DNA of 61,901 nt, the filler included. It is 6 parts of 6 records of this genome, joined end to end, with 100 filler letters (N's around TTAATTAATTAA, not from the genome) between each part and the next. Parts side by side here need not be neighbours in the genome. Positions count along the whole stretch, not along the records: positions 12,469 to 21,601 come from DRR378314_963; positions 21,702 to 32,035 come from DRR378314_966; 4 more parts are not named here. The stretch is one strand, 5' to 3'. The notes below the pieces were generated by a model. It was given only the letters and a program-made list of their open reading frames with translations. It made no database searches and was not told the DNA's origin. How positions within the stretch are numbered: the first letter of the stretch is position 1; every line of letters begins with the position of its first letter. Below, one piece after another: positions 12,469 through 22,921 of the stretch. The position numbers and the translations under genes were made by a program.

Positions 12469-12759
12469 CGGCGACTGCAGCGCCGAGGCGAGCGCCGCGC
12501 ATCCATCATCGCCGATGTTGTTCACATCGAATTCGAGCGTAGTGAGAGCGCAGTGCGGCGACTGCAGCGCTACCGCTAGCGCTGTGCATCCTTCGGCGCC
12601 AATGTTGTTGTTCTGGAGATCAAGGGCAGTGAGGGTCGAGTTCGTTGCCAGTTCCTGTGCAAGCTCCTTCGCTCCTTCCACGCCAACGCCCTTGCCTTCC
12701 AAATCAACCACCTTCTCCCCACTCCGCATCGCCGCAATCGCTTCGCGCACTGCGTCCAT
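12469..12759 (-). CDS. RI-type LRR protein, 5' part (paralog of the LRR-kinase); truncated at contig edge
   Basis: MDAVREAIAAMRSGEKVVDLEGKGVG...LDLQNNNIGAEGCTALAVALQSPHCALTT-LEFDVNNIGDDGCAALASALQSP; same AAGA-ATG context and N-terminus as the gene starting at 18463. Confidence 0.88.
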
Positions 12760-15700
12760 TCTTGCTGTTTGGTTGCAGCCTTCTTGAAGTATCTGCAGAC
12801 AATGAAGCAAACGCGTTCCCGACGCAGCGCGCGAATAAAGCTTTATCAGCAGGGCGCTCCTGTGATTCGCTACCAAGTGAGCTGACGTTTCAGTGCGCCC
12901 AGCCGCGCACAGCCCGCCAGAGAACACTGCCGCCACCTTGGCCTTGTGCATCTTTCCTCTTCGCCACATCCGGCAACGCTTCATGGGGAACGTGTCGCGT
13001 GCTCTACGGAGTTGCTGGGCACAGGGCCGCATGCGCGTGCTCGTATATTCGCTTGAAGCGCGGTTGTCACTCTCCCAATGTGCATGTGCGGCGCCGGCGA
13101 CTAGGTGAGGACATGGTGCGGCGACGAGGAGGAAACGCGGTGTTCGCGTCGCGACTCGCGGCCCGCGCACACGCACGCGGCAACATGTGAGAGGAATGTG
13201 TCCTTGTAATTGGTAAGGCACCACTGGCTGCACTGCGCTCGCACGCATCAGCGGGATCGTAGGAGGGAGTGCGTGGTAGAGCTGTCCTCGCACCGAGGGA
13301 CACGTACGTGCACCAACTGCAAGAGAAAGAATAAGCATTAGTACGGTGTAGAACGTAAATAATATATATGATATACAGGACCAGTTTCTCGCAAAGCCTA
13401 CCAAACAGCATAAGCAGCCAACGAGAACACGTGGAGCAGCAATACAAGAGACCCACACGGTCGGCTGCAGGCGATCTCAGAGCACCTGCCCGCACGCGAG
13501 CAGGTGCGCCAGTGACACGATATGGTGCGAGAAGAGAGATTAACGGAGATATCAGCTGCCAAGGCTGCCTATATGAAGCACACTGTGCGCGTTTCCGTTC
13601 TTCCGCGCACGAGGACTCCTCGGCAGCTGGGCTCTCCGCCACGTGGATGCGGAGCAAGCGGTTGCTACGCGCCAATGCACGTGTATGCTGCAGACAGCTG
13701 CGCAAGGCATATCAGCATCCTCATACACTTTTGCACAATTGTACATAAGCATACATCAGAATGCAAATTGCGTACCAGGTAGTAAGTGCACTGCGAAGTG
13801 CGCGCTCGAGTCGGTGCTGAGGCGCGCGCGGAGGCACACCAGATCGTGAGCGACGAGACGCGCCACGGTCACCGCATTCTACGTTCCCAAACCAGCGCGC
13901 GCGACAGGCATTCCTACCCCCGGTTCGCCACACGCGCTACCTCATTGCTTCCATGGTGCATTATGTAAGTTGGGATACCAGCGCGTTGTGCATGGTTAAA
14001 GGCGCTGCGTGTCAATGCACTGCCGCGAGGTGCCTTCACGCGTTGTCCGGCGAGCGACTCCACACCTGACTTGCAGCTCGCACAGGCAGTAACCACAAAC
14101 GGACTGCAAACGACCACAGCCGATGAGCGCAGAAGAGAGAAAAACCACTCGCAGTACACCACTTCGCCTTCGCGTCTATTGATTGCGTAGTAGGTACGCA
14201 GCATATACACCGGCGGGACCGTGCTGATGTACCTTCCCCCGAGTTTCGCACGGCTGAGGAGCGAGAAGTTTTCATGTGCGTAGTGCGTGCGCGCGCGCGT
14301 CCTGCGGGCCGCAACCCGAACGCTTAGGCGTCTGGACGAGGTGGGGGAAGGGGAAAGAGAGATAAACCTTGTGGACGGGTTGTCAATTGTTTGCTGAGTG
14401 ACAGGTTTAGCGGAAGCATGTTAGCTGCCAACATATGTGAAGGAGAGCTAGGAGACGGCAGTACGAGAACAACTGCTGTGGATCGGCCCAACGTGAAGCA
14501 ACTTCATTTCCCATGACTGTGCAGTATAGCGGGTATGTGGACGAGTGTGCATGAACGATGGCTTCGGTCTCCTGTGATCATGCTTTACTTGGCCGCGTCC
14601 TTTCCTTGTACTCGTGAATGTGCGGTACAACGGTGTGGCATGTGAGAAGCGACCTGTGACGGAGGAGCGCAAATCGTTTCGCTATTGTACTTGGAGGCCG
14701 CGGTCTTCGTCTTTGGGATATGTGCTGGTGATTTAGCGGGAAAGGAGGAGAAGAATGATTGTGCTCTTGTTGTGTAACAGGGAGAGGATTTGACTATTAT
14801 AGCTCGCACGGATCGCCTTGAAGTTCGAGAAGAGTATTGGCGGAAAACATGTCCAGGAGCAGCAGAAAACGGTGTGCTGATGCTCACCCAGGAATGATTT
14901 TCCCGTGGACAAACGTACTTTGTTTTTGCCATGTCGCGCTATATTTGAACAAGGGCGTACTCTATGTGTTTGTGCTTGTGGCCAGTTCGGGAGGGCGGAG
15001 GTTCATAGTATTGGACGATAGGCGAAGGCGAACCCACGCTGGTGCATCCGCACTCTAATTTCTAAAGTGCTGGAGCGTCGCGTATCCTGCTCTCCTTCCC
15101 CTGAAAAGTCCTGGAGGAGGCCTCGTTTAGGCTTCATTTGCAGTGGTACTGGTATTAGTAGAGCTTCACACTGCGCTAAGAGAAGTCGCAAAGGGATCAT
15201 CGACGATTGCATTCTAGGGGGATCAACATATGGACCCCGATTTGTTCGCGGTCAGCGCAGAAGCTCCCAGACCGTTTTTCATACGTGGACTAGTGTGCAG
15301 GGGTTGGAACTTTACTAGCAACAACTGCGAGCCTTACATGCGCCACTATTTTCGCAGAGCCCGATGATGTGCGCGCTCGTTTCCAGAGGACATATTGATT
15401 GCAGATCATGGATGCCAACATCGGGAACGAACCTCTGGCCTCGCGACACCTTTGTTCTCTCCCATGGGAGCAGTAGCCAGGTTGTCCTTTTCGTAACGGC
15501 AGTGGGATTTGAGCACTGCAGAATCTATATATTTTATTCGTCGGAGTAAGTATTCGAGCGTAAGGGGTCAGAACATGATGGTTGTGCCGCAGGCGCAAGT
15601 GGCCCCAATGGGTGCATAGGAAACACGAAATCTGCTATTGAGAAGCGAAATGCCACCGCTTGTGTGCTCTCCAAGTAAGCCTGTTTGGGGGGGGCCTCTA

Positions 15701-16039
15701 CGACGACTTGATTCCTACTTATCAGATTGCAAGTGTTTATTTTACATTTCGCTTACACTGCACATGTATGCCGAGGATTTTTGTGAAAGAGTTGCAAGTG
15801 GACAAGGGTTAAATATATCACGAGCCACCCAAGTACGCAAGGGAGTCACTCTGTTCGTTGCGCGTGGTTGCACATGGAATAGAGCCATTGGGAAAGGCGC
15901 TTCCCCGACGCCTCGTGTGACTTCGCCTCACACAAACAGAGGATTGTAAAAACGGAACAGATACGTTTAGGTTCACAGGCTATCATTTGAAAGGTATTAG
16001 CTGCGTGCGTACAATCGGCAGTGCGCTTCGTGATCCGCA

Positions 16040-18463
16040 TTACTGCAGGAGAGTGATCTGTGCGTAGTTCAGTCTCGCGTCTACCGCCTCCATTCTTCCG
16101 CAAAACTCCGCTCTTGTTGCCTCTGTCACATACGAGAGCTGCTCATGCTGCTGCTGCAAAGTGCGCACCGCCTCGGCCAGCAGCTCGATTCCTTGCGCGA
16201 TGGCTCCACCGCGCTCATTACCCACGCGCTGCAGCTCCTCAATGTCTCCCAATCGCTCGTCCAGGCCCAGCTTCCGCGAAAACTGCATAAACATTTCCTG
16301 CATTCGCTCTTCCTCCTTGTCGTACGCGGCAAACACCGACTCTTCGCTCTTGTCCTGTTCTTGCAGTATCTCTTCCAGGCGTAAGCAGATCTCGTGCGCA
16401 CTCGGTCTCTGAAACGGATTGAAGCGGAAACACCTGTTCACCAGGCGTTGCAGCGCTTCGGGGAGCGAAGGATCCGCTTTTGGAAGGAAATCGCCGCGTG
16501 CGACCTCAGACTGCACCAGAGTAGCGACATCGGTATCTTCGTCCTCGTAGGGGCACTTGCCCGCCAGAAGCTCATTCGCCAGGTGTCCGTAGGACCAGAT
16601 GTCGCTCTTTGTAGTCACTTCGAACGTACGAGCAGACCGCCGGGCCGCTTGCTCTGGCGACATGTACGGAATCGTCCCGACGGTACCTTCCTGTGCCTTA
16701 CTTGTCGAGAGAGCGAGTGTGGTCTTGATTGCATGCAGCTTTGCTGTGCCAAAGTCGGAAATCACGCCGCGCGTGCTGCGGTCATTGAACACGCCGGGTC
16801 CGCTTTTCCGCCCCTCCGATTGCTTCTCGGTATTTCTCAGCACAAATGTGTTGGCCGGCTTAAGATCGCGGTGCTCGAGTCCATGTGCGTGAATGTGGCG
16901 CAGGCCGCACGCTATATCGTAGAGGTAAAGGAGAACCTCGCGGGGGACGTGGTCGCTGCGCTCTTGCGCCTCGTAGCACGCGTCCTCGAGGCTCTCAGCA
17001 AGAGGAAATACCAAGGCGATACCGCGCTTCTCAGCGACAACATATTTGAGCGGCATGACGTTCGGGTGGAAGGGAATGTTACAGAGTGCGCGCACTTCGC
17101 GCTTGAAGTCCTCTATAATTCTCCTCGCCACGCCGGACCGCGCGCCCACTTTGACCGCGACATCCTCACCGCGCAGCTTCCCTTGGAACACCTCGCCGGT
17201 TCCCCCGGTGCCGAGAGAGTTATTGTCTCGCACAATTGCATCCACATCAGACCAGACGAGCCGCATACTGTCAGGAATATCCTTTTGGAGGAGTAATGAA
17301 TGGTCTCGCTGCTCTTCTAAGCGTGGCGCAGTATGTATGGGAGAGGCTGGGGAGTGTGAGGGTCTGGGCGGCAGCGAAGGCCCGGCGAGCTCCCGCAGAG
17401 CAGCGAGGACCGGCTTGAAGTTGGCAATGCAACCAAACGATGCGTTGATCACTTCCCCGCCGAATTGAATTTGTGCCTGATACGAAGCAAACGAGACCTG
17501 TTGGAGAAATGTATCGGAGAGCTTTGCGACAAGATGGCGAGGAACGTGAGCAATTCGTTCGCGGGCAAGCTGTACGAGAATGAGAATGCGAGCGTACACC
17601 TGAGCAGCAACATCGTCGTTTTCACGCATATCGATGTGAATTAGCGAATTATTCTTCTCGAGAGATGAGGCCAACATGTTGGCGCTTCTGTTACCTATGG
17701 TGTTGCCATCTACATCAAGCGCCGTAATGGTACAGTGCGGTGACTGTAGCACGCGCGCGAGCGCTGCACATCCGTCGTCGCCGATGGCGTTGTTATAGAG
17801 ATAGAGAGCGGTTAGTTTGCAGTGCGACGACTGCAGTGCGGAGGCGAGCGCTGCACAACCAGCATCGCTGATGTTGTTCCGTCCAAGGTTGAGTGTCGTC
17901 AGGCTGCAGTGCGGTGACTGCAGCGCTGACGCGAGCGCCGCACACCCATCGTCGCCGATCCAGTTATCCGGGAAGTAGAGGGCCTTTAGACTGGAATCTC
18001 GTGACTGCAGCGCCGACGCAAGCACTGTGCATCCAGTATCACCGATTCGGTTACTTCCTAGCGAGAGAGCGGCGAGGCTGAAGTCATGTGATTGAATGGC
18101 AATTGCGAGAGCCGCACATCCACCGTATCCGATCTTATTGCCTCCGAGATTGAGTGCTGTGAGCGACGAGTATCGCGAGTGCAAGGCAGCGGCCAGCGCA
18201 TCACACCCACCATCGCCAATGCGGTTGCCCCCAAGATACAGAGCCTTCAGCGTGCAATACGAAGACTGCAGCGCCGCGGCGAGCGCCGCACATCCCTCTT
18301 CGCCGATGCTGTTTCCATCAAGGTGGAGCTTAGAGAGAGTCCGATTTCTGTCAAGCTCCTTTGCCAGTTCCTTTGCTTCCGCGTCGCCAACACCCTTGCC
18401 TTGCATATCAACTTCCTTCGCCCCGCTCCGCATCGCCGCAATCGATTCGCGCACCGCATCCAT
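16040..18463 (-). CDS. Cytosolic LRR-protein kinase: about 10 RI-type 29-aa LRRs, Pro-rich linker, TKL-like kinase, C-terminal coiled coil
   Basis: One uninterrupted ORF; kinase motifs LGTGGTGEV, VAVK, HRDLKPAN, DFG, GTIPYMSPE, SDIWSYG; no signal peptide or TM segment seen. Confidence 0.92.
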   Translation of the reverse strand: MDAVRESIAAMRSGAKEVDMQGKGVGDAEAKELAKELDRNRTLSKLHLDGNSIGEEGCAALAAALQSSYCTLKALYLGGNRIGDGGCDALAAALHSRYSSLTALNLGGNKIGYGGCAALAIAIQSHDFSLAALSLGSNRIGDTGCTVLASALQSRDSSLKALYFPDNWIGDDGCAALASALQSPHCSLTTLNLGRNNISDAGCAALASALQSSHCKLTALYLYNNAIGDDGCAALARVLQSPHCTITALDVDGNTIGNRSANMLASSLEKNNSLIHIDMRENDDVAAQVYARILILVQLARERIAHVPRHLVAKLSDTFLQQVSFASYQAQIQFGGEVINASFGCIANFKPVLAALRELAGPSLPPRPSHSPASPIHTAPRLEEQRDHSLLLQKDIPDSMRLVWSDVDAIVRDNNSLGTGGTGEVFQGKLRGEDVAVKVGARSGVARRIIEDFKREVRALCNIPFHPNVMPLKYVVAEKRGIALVFPLAESLEDACYEAQERSDHVPREVLLYLYDIACGLRHIHAHGLEHRDLKPANTFVLRNTEKQSEGRKSGPGVFNDRSTRGVISDFGTAKLHAIKTTLALSTSKAQEGTVGTIPYMSPEQAARRSARTFEVTTKSDIWSYGHLANELLAGKCPYEDEDTDVATLVQSEVARGDFLPKADPSLPEALQRLVNRCFRFNPFQRPSAHEICLRLEEILQEQDKSEESVFAAYDKEEERMQEMFMQFSRKLGLDERLGDIEELQRVGNERGGAIAQGIELLAEAVRTLQQQHEQLSYVTEATRAEFCGRMEAVDARLNYAQITLLQ
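17620..18420 (-). repeat. Degenerate coding tandem repeat, 87-bp (29-aa) LRR units
   Basis: Consensus LxLxxNxIGDxGCAALAxALQSxxCxLTx; boundaries approximate. Confidence 0.9.
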
Positions 18464-21400
18464 TCTTAGAGAGTGTGTGCGCATGCGGCCTTCTAAAAAT
18501 CACTGCGATACGTGTACGTAAATGCGTCCCACGGGTATCACACGAGTAGCATTACATCAGGACGGCGCTCTTGTGATGCGCTAGCAAGAGAGGAAAAACT
18601 TCCGTGCTCACGCCGCGTACGGCCCAACGTAACACACCACCACCACCACCTCTGCGTTGCCCCCACCGTCTTTGCCACATCCTGCGATACTGCTGAGGAA
18701 ATATGAACGCTCCGCGGAGCCACATAGCTTCAACTTGCGTTCATACAAATCATTCGGCTGCGCGTGCTTGGCACGCTCGCAGCGCGACTCGGGACTCGCG
18801 TCCCAGCACGCGGAGGTAGTGGCGGGATGCCTTTCTCAGCTACCGTGCTTACGTTGGTAGCTGATGAGACCGCTTTGATGCACCAAATAGTGAAAAGTAA
18901 GGGAGGTGCACCCGTTTCTGGTACTGGCGAAAGGGGTCTGTCAGCTCTACATCAAAAAATAGGGCGCGGCCACACTTCCACACTGCAGCACACCGTATGC
19001 TGACGCTCGCGTTTCGTATGCGCCGCCAAGGCTATCAGGGAAAGACGGGACTCTTTTGAAAGACGTGGTTCTTCTTAACTGGAAGAATAATACTCGGCTA
19101 AGACGGAGTGCATCGCAATCTCATGGTAGTACTATTTTTCGGATGGGAAGGTCTAACACCTACGTACAGTCTTTGTGATACTCGTGAACAGCAACGGGCT
19201 TGTCCAGGAGGTTTCCGCCTCTCGTTCTCTAACTGGCGCGACTTCGCTCAGTCATGTACGTATTCCTGTTTTTTTTCTCACACTTACTGCAATGATAATT
19301 TGATATTTAATATCCTTGCTTCAAGTTTTTGGGTATCACTTTAACGATGATGGGCTGCGCTACATTGTGCGGCGAACAGCCTGGAGCTAACACACTGCCG
19401 CGACTCGCAGCACACGCTTGCTTTTCCCACAATAGCAGTGTCGTTCCCAACTTCGCCACGTTCCTCGTAAAAAAAGCACCATTCTCCCTATTGCGAGGCT
19501 TTTTATGATACTTCATCTCCTAAAATTTATATTTCCTTAGCTTGTGGAAAGAAAGCGTACAAGGGCACATCTTATGGGATATGCATGCAAGAGATAAAGC
19601 CTGTGGACTCTGGTCTTTTCAACCTGGGCAGACCTGCAAGGTCGTATCCACTTCACTCGCACGCGCCACTGCGCGGTACACTCCATCTGCCCTCCGTTCC
19701 GAGCATTTCAGTTTACCTAACCCGTTTTATACCATCAAGAAAATCTTCCATAAATTTTTTGAGACTCAAGCTTCTCTACTGAGGGAAACGTGGTCCTTTT
19801 CTATCATTTTGTAGCAGGAGGGGCTTACACGCCCTGCGCCAGTCCAGTTCCATAGATCAAGCACCGTTGCGAGCTCCAACTTCTGGCCAGCACCGCAAGA
19901 CGTTGGACCAAAATCTCCGTCGCTCCACATAACTCCATGATCACCTTGTGCGTGCCTCTCTATCCTGGAAGCACCAAATAGAAAACGCCTGCCAACACAG
20001 ACCGCGAGCAAGGCACTACGCAGCGGCTTCGCTTTCTGCAAGCCACGTGCAGCGTTTGCTCGTGTGTGTACGGCTGGTTGCTTTGGTCGCTCCAGTGCTC
20101 ACGCTGGTCCTGCGACGCCTGTTGCTCCCCCACCGCCAGCGACAGGCCGCGAAAGCAGTCCCGCACACGACACCCGCCAAGACTATCGCTGGCCACAACC
20201 GAGTTTCAGCGCCAAGTCCGAGAGCTAGGTCAAGTCTGAATCGCACTTGGCAATCAATTGATCTCTTTTTTTCTGCATTTGCCTACAAAAGTGCTCTACA
20301 CGCGCCCCATTGCCACGACCACGGAGTTGGGGGAGCGCGCGCGTAGTTTTGCGACGTGCTCCTGTGCCTCTCTCCGCGCTCGCAGCGTCAACGGTCGGCG
20401 AACCAACGGCAAGTGAACTGCGTCTACCGCTTCCCACTCTCTGACGCATTCCGCTTCAGCAAGAAGCGCGGAAAAAAACTCACAAGCGTTTGCGGCTCTG
20501 CAGCCTTTTCCCCATCGCGGTGGAACGAACCTAGTTCCTGCTAGAAGCAGAGGACCGTGCTTTTTTGGCGTCGTGCTCGAAGTGGGAGGCTCACCGCCAC
20601 AGCAAATACCTTCGTCTTCGCTTCGGCGAGCAGCGACGCCTATTGTTCTGTTACTCAGCGCGTTTGTAGGGCATCCTTAGTACCTCCGCCGATTCTGGAG
20701 CGGCCCGGATTTCTCAAGGTAGGGGAAGAGGAAAAACACAAAACCGGGCGCTCGCGGATCTGGACTGCGTTCGTGAGCGTGGCTACTCATGCGCACGCCA
20801 GGTGCTCACGCCGCGACGGAAGAATAGATTTTGTACATAAGGTACATATTGCTTTGCTTGTCAGTACGAAGGTAATCATGCTGTTGCGTAAGAGCAGAGC
20901 ATTTGCATGCGGTGGACCGAAAGTTGTTTCCGTGAAATTTCTCTATCGCACGGGTCGCCCGCCCTCGTGTGTTCTTTGAGCTTCCCACGCGCTACGGGGT
21001 AAAGCAAACAGCAGGCTATTACCCGCGCTTTGTTCGTGGAGTATTTTCGTCATACTCTTATTCAATCCTTTACGAACATAGGCATGTAGATCCTGTCGTA
21101 CTGCGTGATTGATAGTGTATGCAGGAAGTCTTCTCGCTCCGAGTACCTGGTGCACAGGGTGTATTAATCCAGTCAGAGTCTGAGCGTGCCTTTTTCTGTA
21201 CTGTGAACCATGTAAATCTTATTCTCTGAATAAACTTTTGCCTGCCGTAATATAAACTGATATTCTGGTATTTTTACCTCTAATATTCCGATCCTCTGGT
21301 ATGCGCAAGTGTTTGACATATGAAGGCGTCGCAGTTTGCTGTTTCTGTTGCATACCGCCTGCATGTGCTTCTAATTGGACGAGAGTATTCTGTTTTATGC

Positions 21401-21576
21401 TCAGTCCCCTCTCAGAAACCAATACTACTGTGCTCCGCATATACTGACTCGTTATTTTTCCATATGCATGTGGGTTTACCTTTTCGCAATTTATAGCGTG
21501 CGCTTGTACGCAAAATTCACTCAGAGAATACCACACGAGGGATGTAAGGGTGTCGTGCCCGCGCTTTGGCATGTGC

Positions 21577-21601
21577 GAGAGAGAGAGAGAGAGAGAGAGA
21601 G
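21577..21601. repeat. (GA)n microsatellite at contig end
   Basis: Directly visible; probable cause of the assembly break. Confidence 0.9.
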
Positions 21602-21701
21602 NNNNNNNNNNNNNNNNNNNNNNNNNNNNNNNNNNNNNNNNNNNNTTAATTAATTAANNNNNNNNNNNNNNNNNNNNNNNNNNNNNNNNNNNNNNNNNNN
21701 N
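21602..21701. other. Artificial contig linker
   Basis: N44-TTAATTAATTAA-N44. Confidence 0.98.
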
Positions 21702-21780
21702 TTGTGCAGTCTAAGTGATGTGCGGATGAGATGGATATCTACACTCCTGCTTTTGTATGTGCAGACGTAGTGCGGCGAAC

Positions 21781-22215
21781 CTCTTTCGCGTGGTTCAGCT
21801 CTCGTTCTTTGTCGCCGATGAGCTCCTCCAGCGTGTGGATTCGGTACTCGTTGATATCGTGCAGCTCTTTTTCTTTCGACTGAATGAGCGCCCGAATGTT
21901 TGAGTTCTGAAGAGTCAAAGGAGATCCTCCAACCAATGCCGAAGTCGTGAGCATTGAATGCTGGTGTCGAGCATTCGCAGAATGAGCTGGCGAGCTGCTG
22001 GCCTGTGCAGCGAGCAGCGGCGCGGACGACGCCAGGGTTGCCGCTGGCGGCGGCACTGCAGTTCCAACGCGTATGCTCTGCTGAAGTGCATTGGGCTGCG
22101 ATTTCCATGCCTGATACGGAGGTTTCGTCGCGACATTGCTCGAGCTCACAAAATTTGGTGCAGTGTCATTGCTCATGTGATGCGTCGTGCCGGATGTTGA
22201 TGGGGTGTCTGCCAT
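21781..22215 (-). CDS. First exon of a CCDC57-like coiled-coil protein
   Basis: MADTPSTSG...SNIRALIQSKEKELHDINEYRIHTLEELIGDKERELNHAKE, then GT donor at 21780; resembles the CCDC57 N-terminus as recalled (not searched). Confidence 0.6.
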
Positions 22216-22921
22216 CGGGGTGCTCACGCGCGTGTCGCGGTGGAGCGGCGGCACTTTCCCGCGCTCCTCTTCTGCCGAACCCTTGCTCCAAGCCGCCACA
22301 CGAGTACCTGCGCACGATGTCGACGAATTAGCAAACGGCCTGAACAAAACGCCACCGCGAGTAGAAGCTTCGATGGCTGATGACACGTTCGATTTTCGCA
22401 GTTGCACGGTGACGAAGTAGTCTTCCGAGAAGAATTTCTCGCGGGCTGGAAAGCACGGCAGCGAACCGTGCTGCGGTGCGCAGGGTCGGCTCTGAGTCCT
22501 TGGCAAGGCGGGAGGGCCTTCGCACGGTTTGCACTGTTGGTCCGTACACGAGTACGAAAACAGGGTTATTAAGAGGCAGGCGGGAGAATCTCCACCTCAG
22601 CCATGGTGACGGCGTGTGTGCCTGTGGGACTGCAACGCAGTCCGTGCTGATTTATACACTTCGAGTACGTACGTAACGAGACCCCTATGATGCTAGCCGA
22701 TACTCTGTGAGTTCTTCAGGCATATTCAGGTTGGCTCTCGAGAAACTATCTGCCAAGTTTTTCGTTTGGCCGTGCCGGAGGGGGTGTCGCCCTTTGTGTG
22801 GAGCAGGGCCAGCGGAGCGCCTCGCCGTGTCAAAGTTGACAGCTGGCTTTTTCGGCGAGAAGGGAATCATCACTTTGCAGCGTGTATCTTACTTTGCTCT
22901 GCGTAGCGCAAGGAGCGAAGC

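Noticed and set aside
12760-13458. Long N-terminal extension of track ORF 12421-13458
   Set aside because: Similarity to the paralog starts exactly at ATG 12759 with the same AAGA context; the upstream translation has no protein-like character.
17620-18420. 87-bp repeats as a CRISPR array or DGR template/variable pair
   Set aside because: They are in-frame coding LRR units with no spacers; differences are not adenine-specific; no cas or reverse transcriptase gene is present.
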